From IMG/VR virus record IMGVR_UViG_3300044513_001811, positions 1 through 52,289 of that record: DNA of 52,289 nt; one strand, given 5' to 3'. The position numbers and the translations under genes are program-made. Under the pieces are notes generated by a model. The model saw nothing but the letters and a program-made list of their open reading frames with translations. It did no database searches and was not told where the DNA came from. This DNA comes from a virus. Lineage: Duplodnaviria > Caudoviricetes. This document shows, one piece after another, positions 1 to 8,465 of the stretch. The first letter of the stretch is position 1; each line of letters starts with the position of its first letter.

Positions 1-178
1 CATACTGGAATGTGTTAAAGAAAGTTGTTTGATATGGAGATGTTTTTAATCTATTCTTACCAGTAAACTGTGGTCTCCAATCAGTTTGCTCACCCCAGTG
101 GTCAGCGATCTGGACTACCTCAAAGTTGGTAGTGTCTTGTGCCCTAAATGATTGGGTATCCTTGTTCCACTGTGCCAT
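1..178 (-). CDS. Conserved cyanophage protein, probably virion-associated; runs off the window edge and is not in the ORF track
   Basis: ATG at 178 overlaps the TAA of the upstream ORF (TAATG). It reads MAQWNKDTQSFRAQDTTNFEVVQIADHWGEQTDWRPQFTGKNRLKTSPYQTTFFNTFQY with no stop before position 1. Confidence 0.75.
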   Translation of the reverse strand, partial: MAQWNKDTQSFRAQDTTNFEVVQIADHWGEQTDWRPQFTGKNRLKTSPYQTTFFNTFQY

Positions 179-435
179 TAGATTTCTACCGCTACGTTAT
201 TTACATCATGGCGTTGATACGCTGCAGGAGTTCTAGTGGTATTATCGTAGTTCCTAGCTTGAAAAGTTCCAGGAGTTCTCACAGAATTTAAATAGTCGTG
301 GGCGACATAATCGCCATTCCAATCTTGATAGGTCACAGTGCTCCAACCCTCTGTACCAGAGAACTGATTGACAGTTACACTGGTTGGTTGAGGGGATACG
401 ATTACATTATCAACATCGTATCTTACGTATGCCAT
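178..435 (-). CDS. Hypothetical protein downstream of gp16 (85 aa)
   Basis: Preceded by late promoter ATAAATA (455-461) and a GAGG Shine-Dalgarno; coupled to the next gene. Confidence 0.8.
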   Translation of the reverse strand: MAYVRYDVDNVIVSPQPTSVTVNQFSGTEGWSTVTYQDWNGDYVAHDYLNSVRTPGTFQARNYDNTTRTPAAYQRHDVNNVAVEI

Positions 436-454
436 CTAGATTACACCTCTGAGT

Positions 455-461
455 TATTTAT
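455..461 (-). promoter_or_regulatory. T4-type (gp55-dependent) late promoter ATAAATA
   Basis: tatttat on + strand, about 20 nt upstream of the ATG at 435, overlapping the gp16 stop. Confidence 0.7.
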
Positions 462-865
462 CGTTTGCCGCCACCCATCTCCTTCAGCATCTTCTGAAGC
501 TCGGTAGTGCTTCCAACAAACATCGCATTATTTGTAACGCGGGATGGTCCTTTCTTCTCCTCGTCAAGATCCTTCATCTTCTTATGAAGATCTTGGAGTT
601 TCTCAGTCATGTCTGCAACGTGCTTCATCGCCGCTACAGCGACTTCATACGCTCTCGGGTGCCCTGACTCCTGGGCGACCTCTAAAGCGCCTCTGACCGC
701 CTCCTGCCCCTGGTCTATGAGGGTGTATAACTCACCCCTGGTATATTCATAATCCTTCTGGCGGTCATCCTGGTTGCTCTCACGCTCTTTCTTGGCAGTC
801 TTTGGTTCTTCAACAACCTCAGCACTGATGTTCAAGATCTCTTCCATATTTTCTTCTAGGCTCAT
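458..865 (-). CDS. g16: Terminase small subunit (T4 gp16-like)
   Basis: DYEYTR..L..LI..G..A...ALEVA.ES.HPRAYEV and NNAMFVGST.ELQKML motifs; follows gp15. Confidence 0.93.
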   Translation of the reverse strand: MSLEENMEEILNISAEVVEEPKTAKKERESNQDDRQKDYEYTRGELYTLIDQGQEAVRGALEVAQESGHPRAYEVAVAAMKHVADMTEKLQDLHKKMKDLDEEKKGPSRVTNNAMFVGSTTELQKMLKEMGGGKR

Positions 866-1659
866 AAGAATTCAATTCCTTCATTAAATCCAAAGTCATC
901 TCCAGCATTTAATAGGATGTCATCATTGACATCGATGTTTCCATCTTGGTTAATATCTGTAAGAGCTTTTGGTGTATAAGTTCTAGTAACAGTTCTTTTG
1001 TTGACATCCAGATCTCCAATAGTCTCATGAATAATTGCTTTTCTGATGATATCAGAAGTGCTGTAAGGACCATATAGATAAGACTTCATGGTGAAGTTGA
1101 GAGTATATGCAATATATCTACGCTGCATAAAACTATCATCCCACTCATCTTCACTGCTAATGTTGTTTAGAACAATAGCAACGTCTCTCTTCTCATTCAT
1201 GTCTGGAATCATGTTAAGAGTGATTGAGAATGATGGTTGAAAGTATGGTAAGATCTGCTCTACAATTTGTAGTGCATCGTCTTGAGACTTTGCAATAATT
1301 CCCAATTCAAATCCTATGTTATAAGGAACAGGAACATACTGAACTCGGACTTCATTACCATTATCATCAATGATCGTTTTGTATTTTTGAATCGGAGATG
1401 TCTTACGGGCAGAATCATAGTCAATCGTCGTCATCTCAAAATAGATGCGAGGTAAAGTGATTGCTACTTTTGATGCGGTATTGTCGGTAAGACGAACAAG
1501 AAATTTCTGCTTTGGTCCATAAGCAAGAGGAACTTTTTGTGCTTCCAATACCTCTCCTGTGTCAGGATCACTACTCTTCATTTCAATATTATTGAAGAGT
1601 GTACCAAACGCAATGATGTTCTTACGAACAATCTGATTGTAAAAATGATTACCTAACAT
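862..1659 (-). CDS. g15: Tail sheath stabilizer/completion protein (T4 gp15-like)
   Basis: FGTLFNNI, KVPLAYGPKQKFL, VPVPYN and QIVEQILPYFQP motifs; g13-g14-g15-g16 synteny. Confidence 0.95.
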   Translation of the reverse strand: MLGNHFYNQIVRKNIIAFGTLFNNIEMKSSDPDTGEVLEAQKVPLAYGPKQKFLVRLTDNTASKVAITLPRIYFEMTTIDYDSARKTSPIQKYKTIIDDNGNEVRVQYVPVPYNIGFELGIIAKSQDDALQIVEQILPYFQPSFSITLNMIPDMNEKRDVAIVLNNISSEDEWDDSFMQRRYIAYTLNFTMKSYLYGPYSTSDIIRKAIIHETIGDLDVNKRTVTRTYTPKALTDINQDGNIDVNDDILLNAGDDFGFNEGIEFL

Positions 1660-2783
1660 TAGATGCTACCTGTATAATTGCCATATTCACCGAATGGGTT
1701 GCCCTCACTCCAGTCAATAATCTCATCCGCAGTATCTTCGATCTGTCTATTTTGATCGTAGGTGCTGGATGTATTATTTAGAGTGTCATATGACTCAGGA
1801 CTCCACTTAGCGCCAGAAGTTAAACCAGTAATAGTTTCGGCAGTAGTGAAAGTACCAGTTCTGTTGATGACTTGTAATTCTCTGGTAGAATTATCCCAGG
1901 ATTTGACTTCTGCTCTATTGTCTTTAGGCGAGTAGTCAATTGTGACAACTGGAGCACTAGTGTACCCAGACCCAGGGTTTGTAATAGTAATACCAGTAAC
2001 AAGCCCCGAAGAAGATACTGTTGCTGTTCCTGTTGCACCTGTTCCGCCTCCGCCTGAAATAGTAACTGTTGGTGGTAAAGAAGAATTATAATGTAATCCT
2101 GTATCTGTCATAATAATATTATCAACAACGTCACCACTAATTGACGCTGTTGCTTTAGCAAGGAACTCATCGCCAACAATTTCCTCACCAACTGTAAAGT
2201 TTCCAATACCACCAGGATCCATGTACAATTTGATGCTGTTGGCAAAAATAGTTTCTACTACATCAATTTCAGGAATACCAGTATCGATATCATCGCTGCC
2301 AATTTCATAGATCTCAGCTGTGATAGAATAGAACTGAATTTTACCAAACTGAAAGAAGGGAGACTCTTTCTCTACATATTTGATTTCGTATATATCTTTT
2401 GTGAGTGGGAAGTAAAGAAGGTCCCCCTCATTTGGTCTACTATCAATAGTTAGTGTTGGATTGTATTGAGCAACAACTTCATCCCAACGTCTAGTAGAGA
2501 CTCTGAATACAACTTCATCCGTAATCCTTAGACCAAACTTACTTACAAACTCTGATCCATCTGCAAATCCAGTGACATTCTGTAGTAGCATTTCAACTTG
2601 GAATTGCTCTGTATACTTTGAATATCTAACTTCATCAAGCGTGTTGTCTTGAAGAATAGTTCTTGGCATGTAATAGATATCTGATCCGAACAATTTAATT
2701 TGCTCGTCAACCAGATCCTGGTAGAGGTTTTGCTCTCCAGAATCTCCCTGATAGTATGTTGGAAAGTAAGGACTAGTAGGCAT
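1659..2783 (-). CDS. g14: Neck protein (T4 gp14-like) with an inserted Gly/Thr repeat module
   Basis: EQNLYQDLVDEQIKLFG, SKFGL, RPNEGDLLYFPL and C-terminal DWSEGNPFG. Confidence 0.95.
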   Translation of the reverse strand: MPTSPYFPTYYQGDSGEQNLYQDLVDEQIKLFGSDIYYMPRTILQDNTLDEVRYSKYTEQFQVEMLLQNVTGFADGSEFVSKFGLRITDEVVFRVSTRRWDEVVAQYNPTLTIDSRPNEGDLLYFPLTKDIYEIKYVEKESPFFQFGKIQFYSITAEIYEIGSDDIDTGIPEIDVVETIFANSIKLYMDPGGIGNFTVGEEIVGDEFLAKATASISGDVVDNIIMTDTGLHYNSSLPPTVTISGGGGTGATGTATVSSSGLVTGITITNPGSGYTSAPVVTIDYSPKDNRAEVKSWDNSTRELQVINRTGTFTTAETITGLTSGAKWSPESYDTLNNTSSTYDQNRQIEDTADEIIDWSEGNPFGEYGNYTGSI

Positions 2784-2784
2784 C

Positions 2785-3585
2785 TTATCCGATCATATCC
2801 ATAGGTGGAATAGCATACTTGCTGAGAACTTCAGATTCGATTTTCTCAATTTCTGCTAATGCGTCTGTGTATAACTCTCTGCCATTGAGTGTAATACCGC
2901 CAGGCAGTTGAACATTGTTGAACTTAATGAGGTTCTGACCCCACTGCTTCTTCATTAGAGCAGTAGCATACCTTTTGACGAACATATCATTATACATTTC
3001 CGTAGCATCATTTGGATCAATGAGACGGTGCGCTTCAATCAAGAGATATTTTCCTTCGTTAAGGAAATCTTTGCTGATGTCAAGATACAAACGATCACGA
3101 CGCATGGTGTATCTGAACTGCTGGAATGATCCATTATTGAGGACCATATCTAGAGTTTCTAGATACTGTTTAGTCATATAATAGTTGAGGATGTCTAGTG
3201 ATCCAAACGCATACAAGTCGTTCAGAAACAATTGATACTCAACACCAAAAAGGTTTGAACGGATTGAGTTGCTAACTAGACCAAAGACTTTAGTGATACC
3301 TACAACGTGTGGAGGAATAGGAATATAGTTGGTTGCTTCTTCCCAGTTAGTTGTGCCATTTACTGTTGTAACCTTACCAGCAAGTCTTGCGGTATCGTCG
3401 GCATTTAACTCATGTCTTAAAAAACATCTCTCCATACCATTGTAGCAGTTCTCTTGAAAGAACTGGATGGTATCGTCGATAACATTGTTTACCTGTTCGT
3501 CGTCAATATTGACCTGAAGGACAGGCTCACCAAGCTGTCTCTTACAATATGTGATAAGATCAGACCTTGAATTTGGAGATGCCAT
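2785..3585 (-). CDS. g13: Neck protein (T4 gp13-like)
   Basis: YCKRQLGEPVLQVNI, YATALMKKQWGQNL.KF and QLPGGITLNG motifs. ATG at 3585 preferred over the TTG at 3594. Confidence 0.95.
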   Translation of the reverse strand: MASPNSRSDLITYCKRQLGEPVLQVNIDDEQVNNVIDDTIQFFQENCYNGMERCFLRHELNADDTARLAGKVTTVNGTTNWEEATNYIPIPPHVVGITKVFGLVSNSIRSNLFGVEYQLFLNDLYAFGSLDILNYYMTKQYLETLDMVLNNGSFQQFRYTMRRDRLYLDISKDFLNEGKYLLIEAHRLIDPNDATEMYNDMFVKRYATALMKKQWGQNLIKFNNVQLPGGITLNGRELYTDALAEIEKIESEVLSKYAIPPMDMIG

Positions 3586-3592
3586 TACACAC

Positions 3593-3630
3593 AAAAAATC
3601 CCTTCTTACCTATTTAGGAAGAAGGGATTT
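3593..3630 (-). terminator. Intrinsic terminator-like hairpin with a late promoter (CTAAATA, 3611-3617) at its apex
   Basis: Minus strand reads AAATCCCTTCTT-CCT-AAAT-AGG-T-AAGAAGGGATTT followed by TTT. Confidence 0.75.
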
Positions 3631-3635
3631 AGTAT

Positions 3636-3839
3636 TTATTCTTCTGGCGCGTCTGGCGCTCCAGGTGCGATTGGTTCTTCTGATTCTAGAAGACTTAGAG
3701 TTTCAAGACCACCTTGTAATTTGATCTTATATTCTTTTGCCTTCTTGAGGTTTTCTTCTAACTCTTTAATTTGATTTTCGGTGGAAGCAATTTGCTCTTC
3801 GAAATTTGCTCTTAGTGCGGTTGGGTCCATAGTAATCAC
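3636..3839 (-). CDS. Small coiled-coil hypothetical protein (probable start ATG 3830)
   Basis: Heptad-like EEQIASTENQIKELEENLKKAKEYKIKLQG; late promoter ATAAATA at 3858-3864. Confidence 0.8.
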   Translation of the reverse strand: MITMDPTALRANFEEQIASTENQIKELEENLKKAKEYKIKLQGGLETLSLLESEEPIAPGAPDAPEE

Positions 3840-3863
3840 ATTGAATAGTGTGTGTAGTATTTA

Positions 3864-4211
3864 TTATTGAGGTGGAACTCCTCCTTTTCCTCCAATTCCC
3901 CCTCCAATGCTAGTTCCGCCATCGGAATCTAGTGGTTTGTATGGAGAGATGCCTGCCAGTACATCTTCTTGTGCGGGATCAGGTGATTGCTCTTCCTGCT
4001 CAGGTAGTAAAATATAATTTATACTCTCTTCAAAATCTTTGATTTTTCTGATAGTATCTTCAATTTCTTCTTTAGTTGGTACTGGTCTTGGATCTTCCCA
4101 AACAAAGGAACCATGATCAATTTTCCATTTTGCCTTAGGTCTTAGTAGGCTTATTGCAGCATCAAATCCAACAAATTCATACCTAGTCTTCACTGTACCT
4201 CTTCCTCCCAT
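3864..4211 (-). CDS. Hypothetical tail-fibre-associated protein (XkdW-like/chaperone-like); may start at GTG 4193
   Basis: AI..LRP.AKW.....F.W.D.RP.PT.EEI motif, typical of small proteins next to cyanophage fibre genes. Confidence 0.65.
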   Translation of the reverse strand: MGGRGTVKTRYEFVGFDAAISLLRPKAKWKIDHGSFVWEDPRPVPTKEEIEDTIRKIKDFEESINYILLPEQEEQSPDPAQEDVLAGISPYKPLDSDGGTSIGGGIGGKGGVPPQ

Positions 4212-4564
4212 TCTTGTTGTTCTTCATTCCAATCCCAATGTTGTCCTCCAATTGTTGGTGGTTTTGGTTTTGGCGCTTCCCAAATCAAAGTTTCATTGTT
4301 TAATACCCAACTTGGATAAGGTTTGGGATCTATAAAAGCATCACTAATTTGATCGTATTGACCACCTACACTTGCATATCTTCTTCTGATATTATCATTA
4401 TATGAAGTCTTCTTCCACTTTGTATCATCTCCATGAATTTCTTTGAGTTTTTTTTCAGCTCTCTTTTCATCAAGTTCGCCAAAATCATTTAACTCAAAAA
4501 AATCATCAAGTTTATGTACACCGATGACGTAGTTATTTTCATCTAATCTAGCATAGTGTGCCAT
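4190..4564 (-). CDS. Conserved phage protein typically following Gly-rich fibre genes
   Basis: MAHYA.LDENN.V, W.KTSYN, YA..G..YD...DAFI.PKPYPSW.L motifs; late promoter at 4595-4601. Confidence 0.8.
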   Translation of the reverse strand: MAHYARLDENNYVIGVHKLDDFFELNDFGELDEKRAEKKLKEIHGDDTKWKKTSYNDNIRRRYASVGGQYDQISDAFIDPKPYPSWVLNNETLIWEAPKPKPPTIGGQHWDWNEEQQEWEEEVQ

Positions 4565-4600
4565 TTGTAATTCATTGTTCTAAAGACCTTGTATTATTTA

Positions 4601-5191
4601 TCAAGTTGAAATGCAGCTATCAAAAGCATGTTGTACGTAATACCCGTCTCTTCTGACATAGTGAAAAAATACTTGATGGTAGTATGTATTTAAATCACCT
4701 TTCAGAGGTTCTCTCCAGTGGGGCAAGTCCATTCCTTTATACAAAACTGCATCTCCTGGTTTTGTAATCAAATCATGAACCTCTCCATTTTCCAACTCAA
4801 ATGAAATTGGCCAGTCGTAATTTGCATTGCTACTGATATTAAGAGAAACGCTAATCTCACAGGATTCTCTATCTTTGTGTTTTGCTAACTCTTGACCCTT
4901 GAAATAAAATCGATCATAGTAATAAGTTGGATATAATTTTTCATGTATTACTTGCTCAACAACATTTTTAATTGCATAATGAAGTTGTCTAAATTTTGGG
5001 TGACTATATCTACAGACACTACCAAGAACTTGTTTTTCCTCTGGATCCCATGAAGTCAACCTCCCCTTCCTATCATATCCAAACTTACCACGATCTAATG
5101 GTGGATGTTCTACCATATATTGAGTTTGAACAAGATTTTTTAGTTGTATCAAAGACCATTCATTCTTTTTAATGTAATCCATCACTTCCAC
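4601..5191 (-). CDS. 2OG-Fe(II) oxygenase (probable start ATG 5182)
   Basis: L.KHKDRESCEISVSL (HxD), PGDAVLYKG...HWREPL (distal His) and QVFFHYV. Confidence 0.85.
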   Translation of the reverse strand: MEVMDYIKKNEWSLIQLKNLVQTQYMVEHPPLDRGKFGYDRKGRLTSWDPEEKQVLGSVCRYSHPKFRQLHYAIKNVVEQVIHEKLYPTYYYDRFYFKGQELAKHKDRESCEISVSLNISSNANYDWPISFELENGEVHDLITKPGDAVLYKGMDLPHWREPLKGDLNTYYHQVFFHYVRRDGYYVQHAFDSCIST

Positions 5192-5736
5192 CTAGGACCA
5201 ACTACCCAACCAACTAGAGATTTTCTAGTTCCAGAATGTATTTTTCTTACTCTATGCCTTGCTCTGCTGTCAAAGACAATTAGAGTTCCTCTTCTCTTTG
5301 GAGCAATATACATATTCCCTGCTTCATTTAAAATTTGAAACTCTCCTCCCTCATATTCTTCTGGATTTGATAACTGTAATACCACAGATAATTTCCTACA
5401 AGATCCCTCATCTAGAGCTTCTATTCCAGCATCTTGGTGCCAATTATAATATTGTCCTTGCTCATAGATGGTGTACTGCATCTCCCCACCATCGATTCTA
5501 TCGATGTTGTACTGCCAGTTATCTTTATTTGCTCGTAAAATATATGACATGCAAAAATTTGGAACCCAATGACTATCTGGAATCCAAGAAGTCTTGCTAT
5601 CTCTCACTTTTAAATCAATGCCACTCATCACAGTGGCAGTTTTTGAATTTTTTTCGTATCCTCTACAATCCCTTTCGATTAAATCTACCAATTCTCCTGG
5701 GATGCAAGTATCAAACCACATTGTTTGAAATGCCAT
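5182..5736 (-). CDS. 2OG-Fe(II) oxygenase, PKHD/prolyl-hydroxylase-like
   Basis: QYTIY...QYYNWHQD, RKLSVVLQLS.PEEYEGG, FDSRARHRV and G.RKSLVGWVVGPRWK. Confidence 0.92.
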   Translation of the reverse strand: MAFQTMWFDTCIPGELVDLIERDCRGYEKNSKTATVMSGIDLKVRDSKTSWIPDSHWVPNFCMSYILRANKDNWQYNIDRIDGGEMQYTIYEQGQYYNWHQDAGIEALDEGSCRKLSVVLQLSNPEEYEGGEFQILNEAGNMYIAPKRRGTLIVFDSRARHRVRKIHSGTRKSLVGWVVGPRWK

Positions 5737-5760
5737 ATCAAAATCACGCCCAATAATATG

Positions 5761-5776
5761 TGTTATAATTATTTAG
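5761..5776. promoter_or_regulatory. Adjacent opposite-strand promoters: extended -10 TGtTATAAT on + (5761-5769) and late CTAAATA on - (5770-5776)
   Basis: Sequence tgttataattatttag in the 60-bp gap between the divergent oxygenase and carbamoyltransferase genes. Confidence 0.6.
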
Positions 5777-5796
5777 TATACCGCAAAATATCGATT

Positions 5797-7404
5797 TTGA
5801 AAATTCTTGGAATAAGCAGAGTACATAATTCTTCCACAACTCTACTAGAAAATGGCGAAATCAAATATCACTTAGAAAATGAAAGATTATCTGGGAGAAA
5901 GTATGATGCCTTCCCTTTTCAATGTCTAGAAAAGTTAGATACAAAATCCATCGACAGAATTTCTATTGCTGGAGTCGGCAGAACTACCCCTGCGGACTGT
6001 TTTATTGGAGATGATGTTTACAGTCTTTATGTAAAAACCAAAGAAAATAATTTTGATCTTAAAGTTGATGATCTCTGGTCGTTCCATCACAACTTACATG
6101 CAGCACATGCGTTTTACAATTCTGGTTTTGATCAAGCAATTTGCATCGTAAAGGATGGTATGGGATCGGACTATCCTTTGGTGGGAGCAAATTTTTTGCC
6201 TGGCACTTATGGCAGAGAAATCACGACCACTTATAAAGTTTCATATCCAGCAAATTTTCATGTTGTTGATAAGCATGTCGCTGTTCCATTCCAAGCAAAC
6301 AACAGATTTGAAAAATTGGTAATCTCCAATAACATTGGAGAAGCACTTGCTTTCCAAAAACTATCAATGAAATTTGGATTTCATGAACTAGATGCTGGGA
6401 AAGTAATGGGCATGGCATCATATGGTAAAGAACTCCCAATAGAAATTTACAAAGACGGATTCATTAATAATGATATTTTCTACGTTGGAGAAAGTTTGCA
6501 CGATACTGGTGTAAATTACGACACACCAGATTTTCAATCTAAGTGTGATCTGGCATACACGCTTCAAAAGCAAACACAAGAGCATGTCGGACAATATATC
6601 CTAGACATGATTGAAAAAACTGGTTGCAAAAATGTATGTTTGTCTGGTGGATTCTTTCTCAACTGTGTAGCAAACTACTACTATCTTAGTATCTTGCCCG
6701 AAGATGTCAATTTGTATATTGAACCAGTTTCCAGTGACGCTGGAACATCCATTGGAGCTGCTAAGTATATCTGGCACAAACAAACTGGCGACACAACAAA
6801 AAGACCTCTTACAAGTTTGTACCTTGGACCAGAGAGAGATTTTGTACCAAAAGGAAAATACACAACAGTAGACGAAGTTGCCGATCTTCTTGTTGATGGA
6901 AAAGTAGTTGCTATCTATCAAGGAAGATCTGAAGCAGGACCCAGAGCACTTGGTAATAGATCAATTTTGTATGATCCAAGAAATCCAAATGCAAAAGATA
7001 AAATTAATAAGATAAAAAAACGAGAAGAATTTAGACCATTTGCTGGAACAGTATTAGCAGAATATGCCGATCAATACTTTGATATGAGAGGACTAAAAGA
7101 AAGTCCTTTTATGATGTATGCCGTCAATGTTTTATCGGATGATCTCCCTGGGATTACTCATGTGGATAAAACTTGCAGAATACAAACAGTCACTAAAAAG
7201 CAAAACAAACACTACTATAATCTTATCAGTGCTTTCCATAAAAAAACAGGAGTTCCTGTTTTGTTCAATACATCCTTTAACCTTGCGGGCGAATGTATTG
7301 TAGAAACTCCTGAAGATGCAATCAGAACTTTAAAAAACTCTGATATTGATTGTGTTTATTTTGCTGAGTATGGTGTAATCTTTATCCAGGATAGCGAACA
7401 ATAA
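5797..7404 (+). CDS. O-carbamoyltransferase, NodU/CmcH/TobZ family (likely TTG start at 5797)
   Basis: MKILGIS..HNSS, ERLSGRK, HH.LHAAHAFY, DGMG, GKVMGMASYG, LSGG..LNCVAN, DAGTSIGAA, EAGPRALGNRS, KREEFRPFA, HVDKTCRIQTV and NTSFN. Confidence 0.95.
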   Translation: MKILGISRVHNSSTTLLENGEIKYHLENERLSGRKYDAFPFQCLEKLDTKSIDRISIAGVGRTTPADCFIGDDVYSLYVKTKENNFDLKVDDLWSFHHNLHAAHAFYNSGFDQAICIVKDGMGSDYPLVGANFLPGTYGREITTTYKVSYPANFHVVDKHVAVPFQANNRFEKLVISNNIGEALAFQKLSMKFGFHELDAGKVMGMASYGKELPIEIYKDGFINNDIFYVGESLHDTGVNYDTPDFQSKCDLAYTLQKQTQEHVGQYILDMIEKTGCKNVCLSGGFFLNCVANYYYLSILPEDVNLYIEPVSSDAGTSIGAAKYIWHKQTGDTTKRPLTSLYLGPERDFVPKGKYTTVDEVADLLVDGKVVAIYQGRSEAGPRALGNRSILYDPRNPNAKDKINKIKKREEFRPFAGTVLAEYADQYFDMRGLKESPFMMYAVNVLSDDLPGITHVDKTCRIQTVTKKQNKHYYNLISAFHKKTGVPVLFNTSFNLAGECIVETPEDAIRTLKNSDIDCVYFAEYGVIFIQDSEQ

Positions 7405-8434
7405 CAACTCCAGATCCACCCTGACCACCTGCACCACCTGGCCAAGAAGAACCAGCGCCGCCGCCGCCTCCAGCACCGAGTCCGCCAGTTCCAGGACCAC
7501 CGTTTCCATCACCAACTCTCTGTGGTGCTTCTCCACCATGACCACCGCCACCTGTACCACCGTTACCACCTCTAGTTGGTGATGGGAAACCTCCACCACC
7601 GCCGCCGCCTCCAGCGTATGTTACTGAATTTCCAGAATATGTGCTGGCACGACCGTTACCTCCAGGTGCCTGACGCCCGTTGCCACCTTGGTTTCCACCG
7701 CCGCTTGCTCCACCGCCACCAGATCCAGTGTAAGGTGCTTGGTTTGGATTTGGTCCACCACTAAATCCAAATCCATTTGTTCCAGATTGACCAGGAGCTC
7801 CAGGTTGAGTTGCACCACCACCAGAACCAGGGGAACCGCCGCCACCTCCAGCACCACCACCAGAACCTCCAGGACCACCAGGACGGCTACCAGGACCAGA
7901 AGCACCATATCCACCGCCGTATGCTACCAGACCATTGAATTGTGAATCACCACCATTGGTTCCAGGTTGCTGAGTTCCAGAATTATTAAATCCTGTTCCA
8001 CCATTACCAACTTGGACTGGATAAGTTCCTTCATTTAAAACCATTCCAGCAACTTGAACCCATCCGCCAGCGCCACCACCAGAACCACCATCAGTTCCAC
8101 CAGAGTTTGGACCAGCATTTCGGGTTCCGCCCCCGCCACCACCTCCAACTAGGAGGACATCTACTGTCAATTGACCAGAAACGGTAAGCGTCCCATCAGT
8201 TGTAAATGTGTGAATATTGTAACCATTCAAGGCAGATAGAGAACCACCAGTAGCACCAGCCGCCGATCCACCAGCGGAAACCCACTCGGTGCCATTCCAA
8301 ATTTTAATAGCCTCATCATCTGTATCAAAAACCATTGATCCAACGCCTATATTTGTTGGCAACTGAGAAGTGGCATAATTTGGAAGAACTAGTAGTGACG
8401 AAATATTCGCAGTTCCTACATTTAACTGAGACAT
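7382..8434 (-). CDS. Glycine-rich tail fibre/virion protein
   Basis: YNIHTFT..GT, LLVGGGGGGG and C-terminal GGSGVVIVRY are characteristic of the phage Gly-rich domain; late promoter at 8460-8466. Confidence 0.88.
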   Translation of the reverse strand: MSQLNVGTANISSLLVLPNYATSQLPTNIGVGSMVFDTDDEAIKIWNGTEWVSAGGSAAGATGGSLSALNGYNIHTFTTDGTLTVSGQLTVDVLLVGGGGGGGTRNAGPNSGGTDGGSGGGAGGWVQVAGMVLNEGTYPVQVGNGGTGFNNSGTQQPGTNGGDSQFNGLVAYGGGYGASGPGSRPGGPGGSGGGAGGGGGSPGSGGGATQPGAPGQSGTNGFGFSGGPNPNQAPYTGSGGGGASGGGNQGGNGRQAPGGNGRASTYSGNSVTYAGGGGGGGGFPSPTRGGNGGTGGGGHGGEAPQRVGDGNGGPGTGGLGAGGGGGAGSSWPGGAGGQGGSGVVIVRYPG

Positions 8435-8465
8435 GGTTAAAAACTATCCTTGTTACTATTATTTA

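Noticed and set aside
5725-5796. ATG start at 5725 for the carbamoyltransferase
   Set aside because: It overlaps the divergent oxygenase start and lies upstream of the extended -10. Family members begin at M.ILGI, matching TTG 5797.
4601-7404. DNA hypermodification cluster (TET/JBP plus 5hmC carbamoyltransferase)
   Set aside because: The oxygenases look PKHD/prolyl-hydroxylase-like rather than TET/JBP, and no methyltransferase or dCMP hydroxymethylase is nearby. It is not excluded, but it is unsupported here.
7382-8200. Collagen-like repeat or DNA tandem repeat in the Gly-rich gene
   Set aside because: There is no sustained Gly-X-Y periodicity. The ccaccg/ccacca runs are just Gly codons.
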